From: Thermoplasmata archaeon
GTDB taxonomy: Archaea; Thermoplasmatota; Thermoplasmata; Thermoplasmatales; Thermoplasmataceae
DNA: 64,000 nt
Direction of reading: 5' to 3'
NCBI GenBank assembly: GCA_049965715.1
Contig: JBMFWA010000004.1
Location: 30,081-94,080 of the forward strand
Position 1 is the first letter of the stretch, and each line of letters begins with the position of its first letter. The notes under the pieces were generated by a model. That model did not search any database, was not told the DNA's origin, and saw only the letters and a list, made by a program, of their open reading frames with translations. Of the stretch, positions 27,700 to 38,155 are shown one piece after another. The position numbers and the translations under genes were made by a program.

Positions 27700-30342
27700 G
27701 TGACAAAAAAATACGTATACCTGTATGAAGAAGGCAGCAAAGATATGGCAGATCTTCTCGGAGGCAAGGGTGCAGGCCTCGCTGAGATGAGCAATATCGG
27801 TATGAACGTACCACCCGGTTTTACGATAATCACGGAAGCTTGCAGGGACTACCTCAAGAATTCCAGATTTCCCGAAGGAATGCTCGACCAGGCAATGAAT
27901 GCTCTTAAGGAAATAGAAAAGCGATCGGGGAAAAAATTCGGTGATTCCGAGAACCCACTGCTTGTCTCTGTGAGGTCCGGTGCACCAATAAGCATGCCGG
28001 GAATGATGGATACCATACTCAATGTCGGTCTAAATGACATGACCTTAAAGGGACTTGCAAAGCAGACCAGCAACATGAGATTTGCTCTGGATTCCTATAG
28101 AAGGCTGATCCAGATGTTTGGGAACGTTGTTCTGGAAATCCCAAAGGAGGACTTCGAGGCAGTGCTTGAGGAAGTCAAGGGAAAGAATTCACTGAAATTT
28201 GACAGCGATCTAGGTGAAAGCCATCTGCGTGAAGTCATAAACTCGTTCATGAATGTGTACAAGAAACACAATAAAGAATTCCCTCAAAAACCAATGGACC
28301 AGATGCTTCAGGCAATAGAGGCTGTATTCAGGTCATGGAACTCGGATCGTGCAGTGGCATACAGAGAGATAAATCACATATCCAACGAGATGGGAACCGC
28401 TGTAAACATTGTCACAATGGTCTTCGGCAACATGGGCAACGATTCTGCAACCGGTGTCGCCTTCACAAGAAATCCGAACACCGGAGAGCACAAACTCTTT
28501 GCGGAATATCTCACAAACGCACAGGGCGAAGATGTGGTTTCTGGATCAAGGACGCCTAAATCAATAGAGGATCTCGCAAAGGAAATGCCGGAGGCATACA
28601 AAACCCTGCTTGACTACGTGGAGAAGCTGGAAAAACATTACAAGAACATGATGGACATAGAATTCACCATAGAACGAGGAAAGCTCTACATGCTGCAGAC
28701 CAGGACAGGAAAGAGAACCGCGAGGGCTGCAGTCAGGATCGCAGTGGACATGGTAAATGAAGGCATAATAACCAAGAAGGAGGCAATCATAAGGATAACA
28801 CCGGATATCCTCAACGTTACGCTTTATCCCCAGGTCAAGAGCAATGATTCAATAAAACCAATCGGGAAAGGGCTTGCAGCGTCTCCAGGAGCGGCGATCG
28901 GTGAAATAGTATTCTCATCAGACAGGGCAGTTGAGCTGTCGAAGCAGAAGAAAGACCTTATCCTTGTGAGGCCTGAAACCACTGCCGACGATGTGCGGGG
29001 CATGTCAGTATCCAGAGGGTTCCTCACACAGAAGGGAGGCATGACCTCGCACGCTGCAGTTGTTGCAAGGGCAATGGGAAAGCCTGCCGTTGTGGGTGCA
29101 GAGGAGATAAGAGTAGATGTGAAAAACAAGACCCTGAAAGCTGGAGATCTTATCCTCAGGGAAGGTGACAGAATTACATTGGACGGGACAATGGGCCTGT
29201 TTTACAAGGGTGACATGGAAACAGAATCTTCTGCAAAAACCGTCGAGAATGAAACACTGCTCAAGTGGGCTGACGGTTTCAGGAAACTCGGCGTCAGGGC
29301 AAACGCAAACACCCCGGAAGAGGCAAGAATGGCCAGGGAAAATGGCGCGGAGGGAATAGGTCTTGCCAGGACAGAGAGAATGTTCCTGGGCAACGAAAGA
29401 ATCGGGATTATGAGGGCAATGATCATGAGCAATGATCAGGAGGAGAGAAAGAAATACCTTGATAAACTGCTACCAATGCAGGTATCAGATTTCACTGAAT
29501 TTTTCTCCACCATGGAGAATTTTCCCGTAATCATAAGGTTGCTCGATCCTCCACTTCACGAATTTCTACCGGACAAGGAGGAGGTCCTGACCAGGATGCT
29601 TGAACTTAGAAACATCAGTGATAAGACTCCACAGCAGAAGAAGGACCTCGATGATCAGGAAAAAATGTTCCGAACCATCAAGGCACTTGAGGAATTCAAC
29701 CCAATGCTCGGGTTCAGGGGATGCAGGCTCGGATTGTTGCACCCCGAGATTTACGAGATGCAGACCAGGGCCATAATCACAGCCGCGAAGAACGTGAAGA
29801 AGCAGGGAAAGAACATATTCCCGGAGATCATGATACCTCTTGTTGGCCACCCCAATGAGATCAGGATCCTGAGGGAAAGACTTGAAAAGGTAGCGCATGA
29901 AGCCATGGGTAATGATAAGATAGAATACAAATTTGGAACCATGATAGAGATCCCCAGGGCATGCATAACCGCGGATTCAATAGCAAAATACGCAGATTTC
30001 TTCTCATTCGGAACGAACGATCTCACCCAGATGACATTCGGATTCAGCAGGGATGACGCAGAGGGAAAATTCCTTGCCAAGTACGTGGAGGACGGGATTC
30101 TGGATCAGGATCCATTCTCTTCTGTGGACCAGGCTGGGGTGGGAGAACTCATGAAGATGGCCGTGAAGAAGGGAAGATCGACAAGACCCGACCTTGAGAT
30201 CGGAATATGCGGCGAACAGGGAGGCGATCCGGAAACAATAGAGTTCTGCCACAGGATAGGACTGAATTACGTATCATCCTCACCATACAGAATACCTGTC
30301 GCCAGGCTGGCAGCTGCCAGATCGGCAATAATAAAGTCCTGA
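27700..30342 (+). CDS. ppdK: Pyruvate, phosphate dikinase
   Basis: 880 aa. Has an ATP-grasp N-terminus (GGKGAGLAEM), phospho-His domain (GGMTSHAAVVARAMGKP) and PEP/pyruvate TIM-barrel motifs (FSFGTNDLTQ, CGE.GGDP). Confidence 0.9.
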   Translation: MTKKYVYLYEEGSKDMADLLGGKGAGLAEMSNIGMNVPPGFTIITEACRDYLKNSRFPEGMLDQAMNALKEIEKRSGKKFGDSENPLLVSVRSGAPISMPGMMDTILNVGLNDMTLKGLAKQTSNMRFALDSYRRLIQMFGNVVLEIPKEDFEAVLEEVKGKNSLKFDSDLGESHLREVINSFMNVYKKHNKEFPQKPMDQMLQAIEAVFRSWNSDRAVAYREINHISNEMGTAVNIVTMVFGNMGNDSATGVAFTRNPNTGEHKLFAEYLTNAQGEDVVSGSRTPKSIEDLAKEMPEAYKTLLDYVEKLEKHYKNMMDIEFTIERGKLYMLQTRTGKRTARAAVRIAVDMVNEGIITKKEAIIRITPDILNVTLYPQVKSNDSIKPIGKGLAASPGAAIGEIVFSSDRAVELSKQKKDLILVRPETTADDVRGMSVSRGFLTQKGGMTSHAAVVARAMGKPAVVGAEEIRVDVKNKTLKAGDLILREGDRITLDGTMGLFYKGDMETESSAKTVENETLLKWADGFRKLGVRANANTPEEARMARENGAEGIGLARTERMFLGNERIGIMRAMIMSNDQEERKKYLDKLLPMQVSDFTEFFSTMENFPVIIRLLDPPLHEFLPDKEEVLTRMLELRNISDKTPQQKKDLDDQEKMFRTIKALEEFNPMLGFRGCRLGLLHPEIYEMQTRAIITAAKNVKKQGKNIFPEIMIPLVGHPNEIRILRERLEKVAHEAMGNDKIEYKFGTMIEIPRACITADSIAKYADFFSFGTNDLTQMTFGFSRDDAEGKFLAKYVEDGILDQDPFSSVDQAGVGELMKMAVKKGRSTRPDLEIGICGEQGGDPETIEFCHRIGLNYVSSSPYRIPVARLAAARSAIIKS

Positions 30343-30910
30343 TTGATGTGTGTGCTGAACGTGAGTGATGACGGTCAGAAATATAGATGGATGTCGACAG
30401 CACCATCAAAACAATACCCAGGAGAACAGGAACCGTCTCTGCAATGAAAAATTATTGTTATTTTTTTAAATCCAACATTTCTGGAATCCTGATCACTATC
30501 CTTCCAGTTCACTCTGCTTAACTTTCCAAATAGAAGCATATCTCCAATATAAGCGCTAGCTATAATGGCGAGAGTAATAAACATCATAAGTACGACGCAC
30601 TTGAACTGGAAAAGAGACTTGTATTTCCAGAATCCTCAAATATCACTGCAAGAGTGAGTCAAATTATAATCGCATACCCTCTCCAGTTGGTCTGGAGAAT
30701 ATCAGTTCGTTCATTATTCCCCTTGGTGGAGGACGGTCCTAATTCGTTTGCTGACTGACAGAGTCTCTGTAATATCTGAATGGAGAAGGATTTTTGTATT
30801 CCCTTAAAAGCCTCGTGCTAAAAGATGGCGCCTAGCGGCAATCCCCAAAAACTGGTGCTGACCATCGGACGTCATGGAATTGGGCTATGGAGAAAATACA
30901 AACCCGCAGT

Positions 30911-31801
30911 CTAAACAAATTTCAAGATCATGAATAAGACGAACACTATGGTAAGGTAAGGGCTGGAATACTTGAAAAGATTGAAGGAACTCCCCATGCT
31001 ATGTTTCTTTGCAAACAATGCAGCGAGAATCAGTAAAGGAGCAGACAGAACGGCAACGATGAAGATATAGATGGTAGAATTTTCCCCAAGGAAGTATGGA
31101 ATTATTGAAAACACAGCCAGAAGAACCGCAGAAAAAGAAATGCAAGCTGATGAGATTCTCTCAGAATATACCACTGGCAGCATTGGCACACCAGCATTTT
31201 CGTAATCATCTCTGTAGCGATAGGCAAGGCTCCAGATATGCACCGGAATCCATACAACAACAAGGGCAAAAAGGAACCAGGGGAGAATGGAAAAGGAAGA
31301 AGTGACTGTGTACCATCCAACAAGCACAGGAATTCCCCCAGAGAAACCGCCAAGTATCACGCTCCATGGAGTCCTCCTCTTAAGCAGCAAACTATAAACA
31401 ACTACATTGTCTGCAATTCCAAAAGAAATAAATGATGCTGCCAGAAATTTTCCATAAAATATGAGAAGGATTACGGACAGTGTGATCAGAAATAATCCAA
31501 ATATAAGGCCGTTCATGGGTGAAATACTGCCGGTCACGAGAGGCCTGTTTCTGGTTCTGGCCATTTTAGCATCTATATCGCGATCTATGAAGTTGGTGAC
31601 AGATTCAGAACCTGCTGCTCCTGCGGATAATGAAATCACAGTCAGCAAAACAAGTAACCAGTCGGAGAGCGAATACTGGTCAATCGCCAGCATTGCACCA
31701 ACGGCACCTACAAACACGAGTAATGACCACACCTTCGGTTTGGTGTATCTGAAGTAAAGCGGTATAGATTTCCTGAACTTACTGAACAAGTATGATCTCA
31801 C
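30911..31801 (-). CDS. ctaB: Protoheme IX farnesyltransferase (heme O synthase), UbiA superfamily
   Basis: NFIDRDIDAKMARTRNRPLVTG motif, about 9 TM, GTG start. Confidence 0.85.
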   Translation of the reverse strand: MRSYLFSKFRKSIPLYFRYTKPKVWSLLVFVGAVGAMLAIDQYSLSDWLLVLLTVISLSAGAAGSESVTNFIDRDIDAKMARTRNRPLVTGSISPMNGLIFGLFLITLSVILLIFYGKFLAASFISFGIADNVVVYSLLLKRRTPWSVILGGFSGGIPVLVGWYTVTSSFSILPWFLFALVVVWIPVHIWSLAYRYRDDYENAGVPMLPVVYSERISSACISFSAVLLAVFSIIPYFLGENSTIYIFIVAVLSAPLLILAALFAKKHSMGSSFNLFKYSSPYLTIVFVLFMILKFV

Positions 31802-31896
31802 TTATTACAACAATCATCAGTTGATAAATAACTTTAGATTCTATTATATTAGGGTTTGGGTTTTAATAAATAGAATATATGAGGCTATGAGTTCAA

Positions 31897-33297
31897 ATGA
31901 CATCAGAAAGTGGTTCAAATTCTAAGTGGAAGGACTTCCTCCTGAACCCGAAGTATAACATTGTTGCGGTTCTGGCTTTTATAAGCATTTTTCTTGTGAT
32001 AGGACCTATTCTTCCAGGAGTAAGCTGGTTCAGCCTGGGTGACTTCAGCCTTGACATGGTTAATTTCTACCATACCATAATGATACCCTTTGTGTTTTTG
32101 CTAATTCTGTACGCATCGGAGCTTCTAGGCTTAGGCATGCTTGAAAGAAAGGCTGTTAACGTCAGCACATACCCGATTCTGTTACTCACTCTCCTCGGAA
32201 CGGTTTTCTTCTACCCGGCAAGCACGCAAACGGCTGACTATGTATTACAGGCCTTGAGAGATGTCTGGATGCTTGTACTTGCGTTAATGTTCTTCGTTTA
32301 TCTATTGATGCTCCCTTTCAGGGACAGACAAAAATTCAAGAATATATGGGGCGCGTATTCACTAATATTGATCACAACAGTTTCTGCAGGAATTGCAGCT
32401 GTAATGGGTATGATATACGAATATGGTAACCTGTTCGGTTATGCTTCGTTACCTGTATTGAATAACGATGTCATGGCGTGGGGCGGTCTGCAGACATTCC
32501 TTGGGAACCTTGTGACATCACACTCACACCAGATGCTCCCCGCAGTAATGGGCGGAATCGTTGGTCTGGCAGCTGTAAGCTTTGGATATGAAAAACTCTC
32601 ATCCGTAAAGAGAAACATCGTAAACGCAGGGTTGGTCATCGCAGTGATTGGAACAATATCAATGAGCTACCTTTACTTTATCTCATCATTTGGAACTTAC
32701 GTGATACCTGCGATATTCACATCCGGCACAGGCGGGATGAACGGGCTTGCGTTGGACGACAGTCAGACAGGCATAATAGGCATCGGGGCCCTTGTCACGA
32801 TCATCGGGCTCTATTATCTCCTGTCCGGAAATCGGGCGGATCGACTGGTTCAGATTTCTGAGCTGCTGACATGGATCGCAACAATGGCTGTTATGATCGG
32901 TGTGGGATATGCGATGGAGTTTAACGAAACCTATTATGGTTTTGGATCTCCAGGAGTTCCCCCAAACGGTGGGCCCGGCTACCAGTACGATATGGCTTTC
33001 ACGGATGGACACCTTCTGTTTGCGTTTTTCCTTATGCCTTTAATGGCTGGGATACTACTCCTGATCATGCACTACATCAAGGAATTTAACACGGAAAGGA
33101 GGCTGATCACGTACTTCATAATAGCAGGAACCATAATTGGGGGATTTGGCGTCCTGGAGTATGTTATGACGCTATCCTGGGTCGTGGAGTCCATCGGATT
33201 GGCGCTGCTGATAATAGCAATAATAATAATAACATACACTTTTGTCAAATCTGCAACTGAAAAGGATGGGGTAAAGGGCACACAACCAGCAAACTGA
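31897..33297 (+). CDS. Polytopic membrane protein (11 or more hydrophobic segments), unknown function
   Basis: 466 aa, divergent from ctaB. There are few histidines, all in or next to hydrophobic segments (FYHTIM, TSHSHQMLP, DGHLLF, MHYI). I recognised no family. Confidence 0.6.
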   Translation: MTSESGSNSKWKDFLLNPKYNIVAVLAFISIFLVIGPILPGVSWFSLGDFSLDMVNFYHTIMIPFVFLLILYASELLGLGMLERKAVNVSTYPILLLTLLGTVFFYPASTQTADYVLQALRDVWMLVLALMFFVYLLMLPFRDRQKFKNIWGAYSLILITTVSAGIAAVMGMIYEYGNLFGYASLPVLNNDVMAWGGLQTFLGNLVTSHSHQMLPAVMGGIVGLAAVSFGYEKLSSVKRNIVNAGLVIAVIGTISMSYLYFISSFGTYVIPAIFTSGTGGMNGLALDDSQTGIIGIGALVTIIGLYYLLSGNRADRLVQISELLTWIATMAVMIGVGYAMEFNETYYGFGSPGVPPNGGPGYQYDMAFTDGHLLFAFFLMPLMAGILLLIMHYIKEFNTERRLITYFIIAGTIIGGFGVLEYVMTLSWVVESIGLALLIIAIIIITYTFVKSATEKDGVKGTQPAN

Positions 33298-33569
33298 GGA
33301 ATCCAATTCCTCAGGTACATTTTTAACATATACGAGCTGGAGCTCCCTGCATTAGTTGGGGGAGGATGTCACCATCATAGACGGACAGCGATATTCATTA
33401 CTGCCACTGATGCAAAGGCATATAACAGTTCTTGCCGGAAGGCGTCTCTTGGAACAGAACAAAAATTCAGATACAATATCAAGAGCGTGAATAAAATAGT
33501 GAGAAAGGTTAATTGTTGGGCATGAATTTAGCCAGAATCACAAATGAAAATGTCTGGCGGTAAGATCTT

Positions 33570-34799
33570 ATGAATTTCTCTTCAGTCCGTAATTCCCTGA
33601 TGTTTGGAAAAAGAGAATTATGGGCGGTATCAACCGCATCCATCATCAGATCCATTGGATTCGGCATGAGCTGGCCATTTCTGGCCATTTTCCTGAATGT
33701 GGAATTGCAAATCCCCATCTATATAGTCGGTCTGCTGTTCAGTCTTTCCACGGTAAGTTCTATTGTTTTTAGTATAATTGGCGGAGGGCTCTCAGACTAT
33801 CTTGGCAGGAAGACCATGCTTCTGATCGGAAGTGTCATAGGAGCCTCCATATACGGATCGCTGGCATTCTTCATATTCCATTCCTATGCAGTATTCCTGA
33901 TCGAAATACTCTTCGTCTTTTCATCCATTTCAGGTGCCATAGTGTTCCCTGCCGCGTCTGCTCTTGTGTCAGATGTCACCGACGAATCTGAGAGAACCAT
34001 GGCATATAGCATTTACCGGATAATGTCCAATGTGGGGTGGGCAATTGGTCCTCTGACAGGCGCCTTTGTCTATGATTATGGAATGTACATTATATTCATC
34101 ATTTTGGCAGTCACAAATATTCTGCAGTTTATAGTCATATTTTTCTACATCAGCAGGAAGAAAAGAAAATCCGGCAGGCTGAGGACAAGGGTGAGTTTCC
34201 TTGTTTACGACAGGTATCTATTTGCCTTCTCAATTGGAACATTTCTGATAACTGTACTATCGTCACAGTTTTCGGTGACTCTCCCGGTTTATTCGGACAA
34301 GGCCATAGGAATACCCGCATCCAGCCTGGGTTACATCTACGCTGTCAACGGAATCATTGTTGTTGCGGGGCAATATCCAATGTCATGGATCATGAGAAAG
34401 GTTTCAGATATCAAGGTGATGATGGTAGGATCTCTCTTCTATTCCATAGGATATGTCCTTGTCGGCTTTTCCGGCACTTTGATTGACCTCGTGCTGGACA
34501 TGATCCTCATAACAGTCGGTGAGAATCTTACCAGTCCAGGCATGAATTCCGTGGTTTCAAAGATTGCTCCCACTGGAAAAACAGGTATCTACATGGGATT
34601 TCTGGGGATGGTCAATTCAACAGGGAGGGCCCTGGGACCTTCCCTTGGGTCAGTGTTTCTTTTCCTCTATGCATACAACGGACCCGAGGTCTGGTTGTCC
34701 CTGTGCTCCTTTGGACTGGTGGCGATAATGGCATTGAACATGGCCGCCAAAATGATCTACTCGCGGCAACCATCAGCATCGACTCCCGAGTCAGTTTAA
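33570..34799 (+). CDS. MFS transporter
   Basis: 409 aa, 12 TM. Has the GGLSDYLGRK motif (MFS signature between TM2 and TM3). Confidence 0.75.
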   Translation: MNFSSVRNSLMFGKRELWAVSTASIIRSIGFGMSWPFLAIFLNVELQIPIYIVGLLFSLSTVSSIVFSIIGGGLSDYLGRKTMLLIGSVIGASIYGSLAFFIFHSYAVFLIEILFVFSSISGAIVFPAASALVSDVTDESERTMAYSIYRIMSNVGWAIGPLTGAFVYDYGMYIIFIILAVTNILQFIVIFFYISRKKRKSGRLRTRVSFLVYDRYLFAFSIGTFLITVLSSQFSVTLPVYSDKAIGIPASSLGYIYAVNGIIVVAGQYPMSWIMRKVSDIKVMMVGSLFYSIGYVLVGFSGTLIDLVLDMILITVGENLTSPGMNSVVSKIAPTGKTGIYMGFLGMVNSTGRALGPSLGSVFLFLYAYNGPEVWLSLCSFGLVAIMALNMAAKMIYSRQPSASTPESV

Positions 34800-34826
34800 T
34801 GATTCATACCGAAGGCTTCCGATCAA

Positions 34827-35702
34827 TCAGCTTAAGTGCACATAATACATAATCATAGAAATTAGGAAGAGAAAACCTATAAAAGAATTCGCTCCCAGAA
34901 ACGAGAACCTTATGCTCTTGGGATCGTCCGGCCTCAGTGTGATATGCTGGATAAGAATGAGAAATAGAATCACGACGAGCACGATATAATAAACAATCGA
35001 ATGGACATAGAAGATTAAGGATATGAACGCAAGTGCAGTAAAGAGGTGAACAACCAGAGAGATTGTCAGGCTTTTCTTAACTCCGTATCTGGTGACCAGC
35101 GTCTTAAGCCCATTTTTTAAATCCGTCTCCCTGTCCGGAATCGTATAGACGATGTCAAAACCAGAGATCCACAGAGATGCTGCAACAAACACGATGTATA
35201 TTTCAGGGGTAGTTGGAATTCCCGGTAAAATTGACACATATCCACCCAGAACACCAATACCTATGATCGAGCCCATATAAAAGTGTCTCCATGGAGTATA
35301 TTTCTTGAGCAGGGGGTCCGAAAGAAACAGTATCAGGACAATGGGTGAGAGATAGAGGACAAACCGGTTTATCAGGAAAGCAGATATCTCAAAGAGGATG
35401 GCAAAAACGATTGTCAGTTGGACCGCCGTCGATGTTTTCAGGGCTCCAGTGACCAGCGGCCACCCCTTTTTTCTCGGATTTATGAGATCATATTTTCTCC
35501 CGATTATCCTGTTCAGCGTCATTGCAGTAGCCCTGGCAAACACCGCCGCCAGCGTGATCAGCACGAACTTGATGATATCATAATTTCCAGCAGATGCTAT
35601 AACGGCACCGCTCCATACAAATGGAAGATCGAAAACAGTGTGCTCAAATTTTATTAATTCCAGAACATCCCGGAATCTGCTCAAAGACCAAATCTCCTCC
35701 AT
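34827..35702 (-). CDS. UbiA-family aromatic prenyltransferase (4-hydroxybenzoate polyprenyltransferase / MqnP-like)
   Basis: NRIIGRKYDLINPRKKGWPLVTG (N..D..D-type first Asp-rich motif region) and a second motif, DIVYTIPDRETD. 8-9 TM. Confidence 0.8.
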   Translation of the reverse strand: MEEIWSLSRFRDVLELIKFEHTVFDLPFVWSGAVIASAGNYDIIKFVLITLAAVFARATAMTLNRIIGRKYDLINPRKKGWPLVTGALKTSTAVQLTIVFAILFEISAFLINRFVLYLSPIVLILFLSDPLLKKYTPWRHFYMGSIIGIGVLGGYVSILPGIPTTPEIYIVFVAASLWISGFDIVYTIPDRETDLKNGLKTLVTRYGVKKSLTISLVVHLFTALAFISLIFYVHSIVYYIVLVVILFLILIQHITLRPDDPKSIRFSFLGANSFIGFLFLISMIMYYVHLS

Positions 35703-37120
35703 TTGTCCTTGACCATCCTGTCGACATCCTCAGACATCTGGAGAACATCCGGCCAAACCCTCTGGTAACCTTCTGATGGGCCCTTCTTTGTGGCATCTAT
35801 TCCCATCTTGGATCCGTAATTCATGATTGAAGAAGCGTGGTCAAGGCTGTCCGTTACTGTTCCAGGTATGATTATGACGTCCCTGTCAGGATCAATTCGC
35901 GTTGACATGGCCCAGAGGAGCTGTTTTCTGTCGTGTATGTCGATATCGTCGTCGACCACCACGACAATCTTGGAAAACATGAGCTGCCCCATTCCCCAGA
36001 TTGCAAACATCACCTTTCTGGCATGACCCGGATACCTTTTGTGTATTGAAACTGCCAGTATGTTGTGGAAGACACCCTCCTCAAGTGTGTTCATGTCAAC
36101 TATCTCAGGAAGCTGTGTCCTGATAACCGGAAGAAACATTCTCTCTATAGCCTTGCCTATGATGACATCCTCGTGCCAGAGCTTCCCCACGATGGTGGTG
36201 GGATAGACCCTGCTCTTCCTCTCTATGGCCCTCTTCACGTGAAAAACAGGAAATTCAGCCTCCAGAGAATAATACCCGGTGTGATCGCCAAATGGCCCCT
36301 CAGTCCTGGTCTCCGAAGGATCTATGTATCCCTCGAGTACTATCTCAAAGTTGTGTGGATATTCCAGATCCACGGTCTGACCCTTCACCAGGTCGAGCCT
36401 CTTCTTCGCGATCATGCCGCGGAATGAGAACTCATCCAGGCCGTCAGGGAGAGGGGCAACTGCAGAGAACATTGTCAGCGGATCAGTCCCTATGACCACT
36501 GCGACGTCCATTTTTTCACCTCTCTCGCGGTTGCTCAGGAAATGCTGGGAACCACCCTTGTGGATATGCCAGTGCATTCCGGTGGTCTCGGAATCATAAA
36601 CCTGCATCCTGTACATTCCCACATTTTTCACACCTGTCTTTGGATCCTTGGTTACAACAAGGGGCAGTGTGATGAACTTTCCTGCATCCTGTGGCCAGGT
36701 TCTGGTTATGGGATATCTGGAAAGATCAACCCTTTCAGGAATCTCGTAACCGCCGCCTATCCCGCCCGATATCTTTGGCCTGACTCCGCTCAGTTCCCTG
36801 AAGAGTTCTATGCCTCTCGATATCATCGACTCGTTGCTGTCTGGAGGCCTGACAAGGTTGCTCAGCCTCTCCCCGATGTCGTAGGGTTTCTCTCCAAGAA
36901 TGGTATCCATTTTCTCCTGGGTTGAAAAGATGTTTCCAACTGCGGGAATAGAGCTTCCTTTGACATTTTTGAAAAATAGGGTTCTGCCCTTCCCTATTCT
37001 CTCCTCCTCGCTCAGGATATGTGTGAGTTCAAGATCGGGATTAACCTCGTCCTCGATCACAACAAGATCGTTTTTCTTTGAAAGGTATTCTATGTAGTCA
37101 TGGAGGTCATCAAACAACAT
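35681..37120 (-). CDS. UbiD-family (prenylated-FMN-dependent) decarboxylase
   Basis: 479 aa with typical UbiD blocks (GMYRMQV, WHIHKGG, GPFGDHTGYY). Overlaps the downstream ubiA-like gene by 22 nt. Confidence 0.85.
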   Translation of the reverse strand: MLFDDLHDYIEYLSKKNDLVVIEDEVNPDLELTHILSEEERIGKGRTLFFKNVKGSSIPAVGNIFSTQEKMDTILGEKPYDIGERLSNLVRPPDSNESMISRGIELFRELSGVRPKISGGIGGGYEIPERVDLSRYPITRTWPQDAGKFITLPLVVTKDPKTGVKNVGMYRMQVYDSETTGMHWHIHKGGSQHFLSNRERGEKMDVAVVIGTDPLTMFSAVAPLPDGLDEFSFRGMIAKKRLDLVKGQTVDLEYPHNFEIVLEGYIDPSETRTEGPFGDHTGYYSLEAEFPVFHVKRAIERKSRVYPTTIVGKLWHEDVIIGKAIERMFLPVIRTQLPEIVDMNTLEEGVFHNILAVSIHKRYPGHARKVMFAIWGMGQLMFSKIVVVVDDDIDIHDRKQLLWAMSTRIDPDRDVIIIPGTVTDSLDHASSIMNYGSKMGIDATKKGPSEGYQRVWPDVLQMSEDVDRMVKDKWRRFGL

Positions 37121-37219
37121 AAATCCATATAATGCAGTGGAATTTTATCTTTCCGTGCCGCAAACGAATCATTGATAAAAACTAAGTCCGCTTTTGCAGG
37201 TTTCTTCCAAGGCGTACAA

Positions 37220-38095
37220 TCAATGAAATGTTTTGGCTTTCAGCATATTTTCATCTATGTTCTTCTTTATCTCAGTGGAGGGTTCAAGCATTGGAATCCT
37301 GTATCCCCCATTCACACCAAATGACCTGTACAGTGCATAATAGTAACCGGAAGGAAATCTGGCAGCATTCAGTGAATCCATGAGCGGATCGACGCCCTTT
37401 ATCTGCAAAGAAGCCGCATCTTTCATGGATCCGTCAGCAAACCGGTCTCTGACAGAAAGAATAATCTTTGAAATATTGGATATGCCGCATACACCGCCGT
37501 CACCGCCCAGAGACAGTGAAGGGAGAAGAAGATCGTCCTGCCCCTGGAAAACAAGGAAATGATCAGGCCTGTTCTGTACCATCTTGGAAAAATACCTCAT
37601 GTCGGCAGAACTGTCCTTGATTCCCACAACATTGCTGAACTCACTGGCCAGCAAAGCTGGGAGGGACTGTGGAATGTACGTTCCGCTCAGCTGTGGTATG
37701 TTGTAAAGGTAAAACTTCATGGGTACCCTGGAAAAGAGGCTGGAAAAGTAGTTTTTCATTTCATCCATGCCTGGAATAATGTAGAACGGAGGCATCACAA
37801 CGCCGGAATCACAGCCAAGATCATTAGCAAGCATTGCCATTTCGAGTGATTCATTGTAACTGGCCGATCCGACACCGGCATAGATCTTGATGTGAGTTTT
37901 ACTGGCGACGAACTCAAGAAACTTCTTTCTTTCCGCAAGACTCAGCCAGGGAAATAGTCCGGTTGAACCCAACGGGAATATACCGTCTACCTTAAATTCT
38001 TCAAGTCTGTCAAGAAGTTTTTCCGTGAGCGGGTAGTCAATCTCTCCCCTTTCGTTGAAAGGAGTCATCATGGGCGTTATAATCTGTGGCTTCAT
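37220..38095 (-). CDS. DapA/NAL-family class I aldolase; candidate 2-keto-3-deoxygluconate aldolase
   Basis: PMMTPF N-terminus, GSTG, and the Schiff-base Lys context VVGIKDSS. The KDG assignment is inferred from genomic context only. Confidence 0.7.
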   Translation of the reverse strand: MKPQIITPMMTPFNERGEIDYPLTEKLLDRLEEFKVDGIFPLGSTGLFPWLSLAERKKFLEFVASKTHIKIYAGVGSASYNESLEMAMLANDLGCDSGVVMPPFYIIPGMDEMKNYFSSLFSRVPMKFYLYNIPQLSGTYIPQSLPALLASEFSNVVGIKDSSADMRYFSKMVQNRPDHFLVFQGQDDLLLPSLSLGGDGGVCGISNISKIILSVRDRFADGSMKDAASLQIKGVDPLMDSLNAARFPSGYYYALYRSFGVNGGYRIPMLEPSTEIKKNIDENMLKAKTFH

Positions 38096-38155
38096 GAATA
38101 AGCAGTTCACGATTGTAGATAAGCATTTACAGTTCAGAAGACTGGAGAAAGTCGA

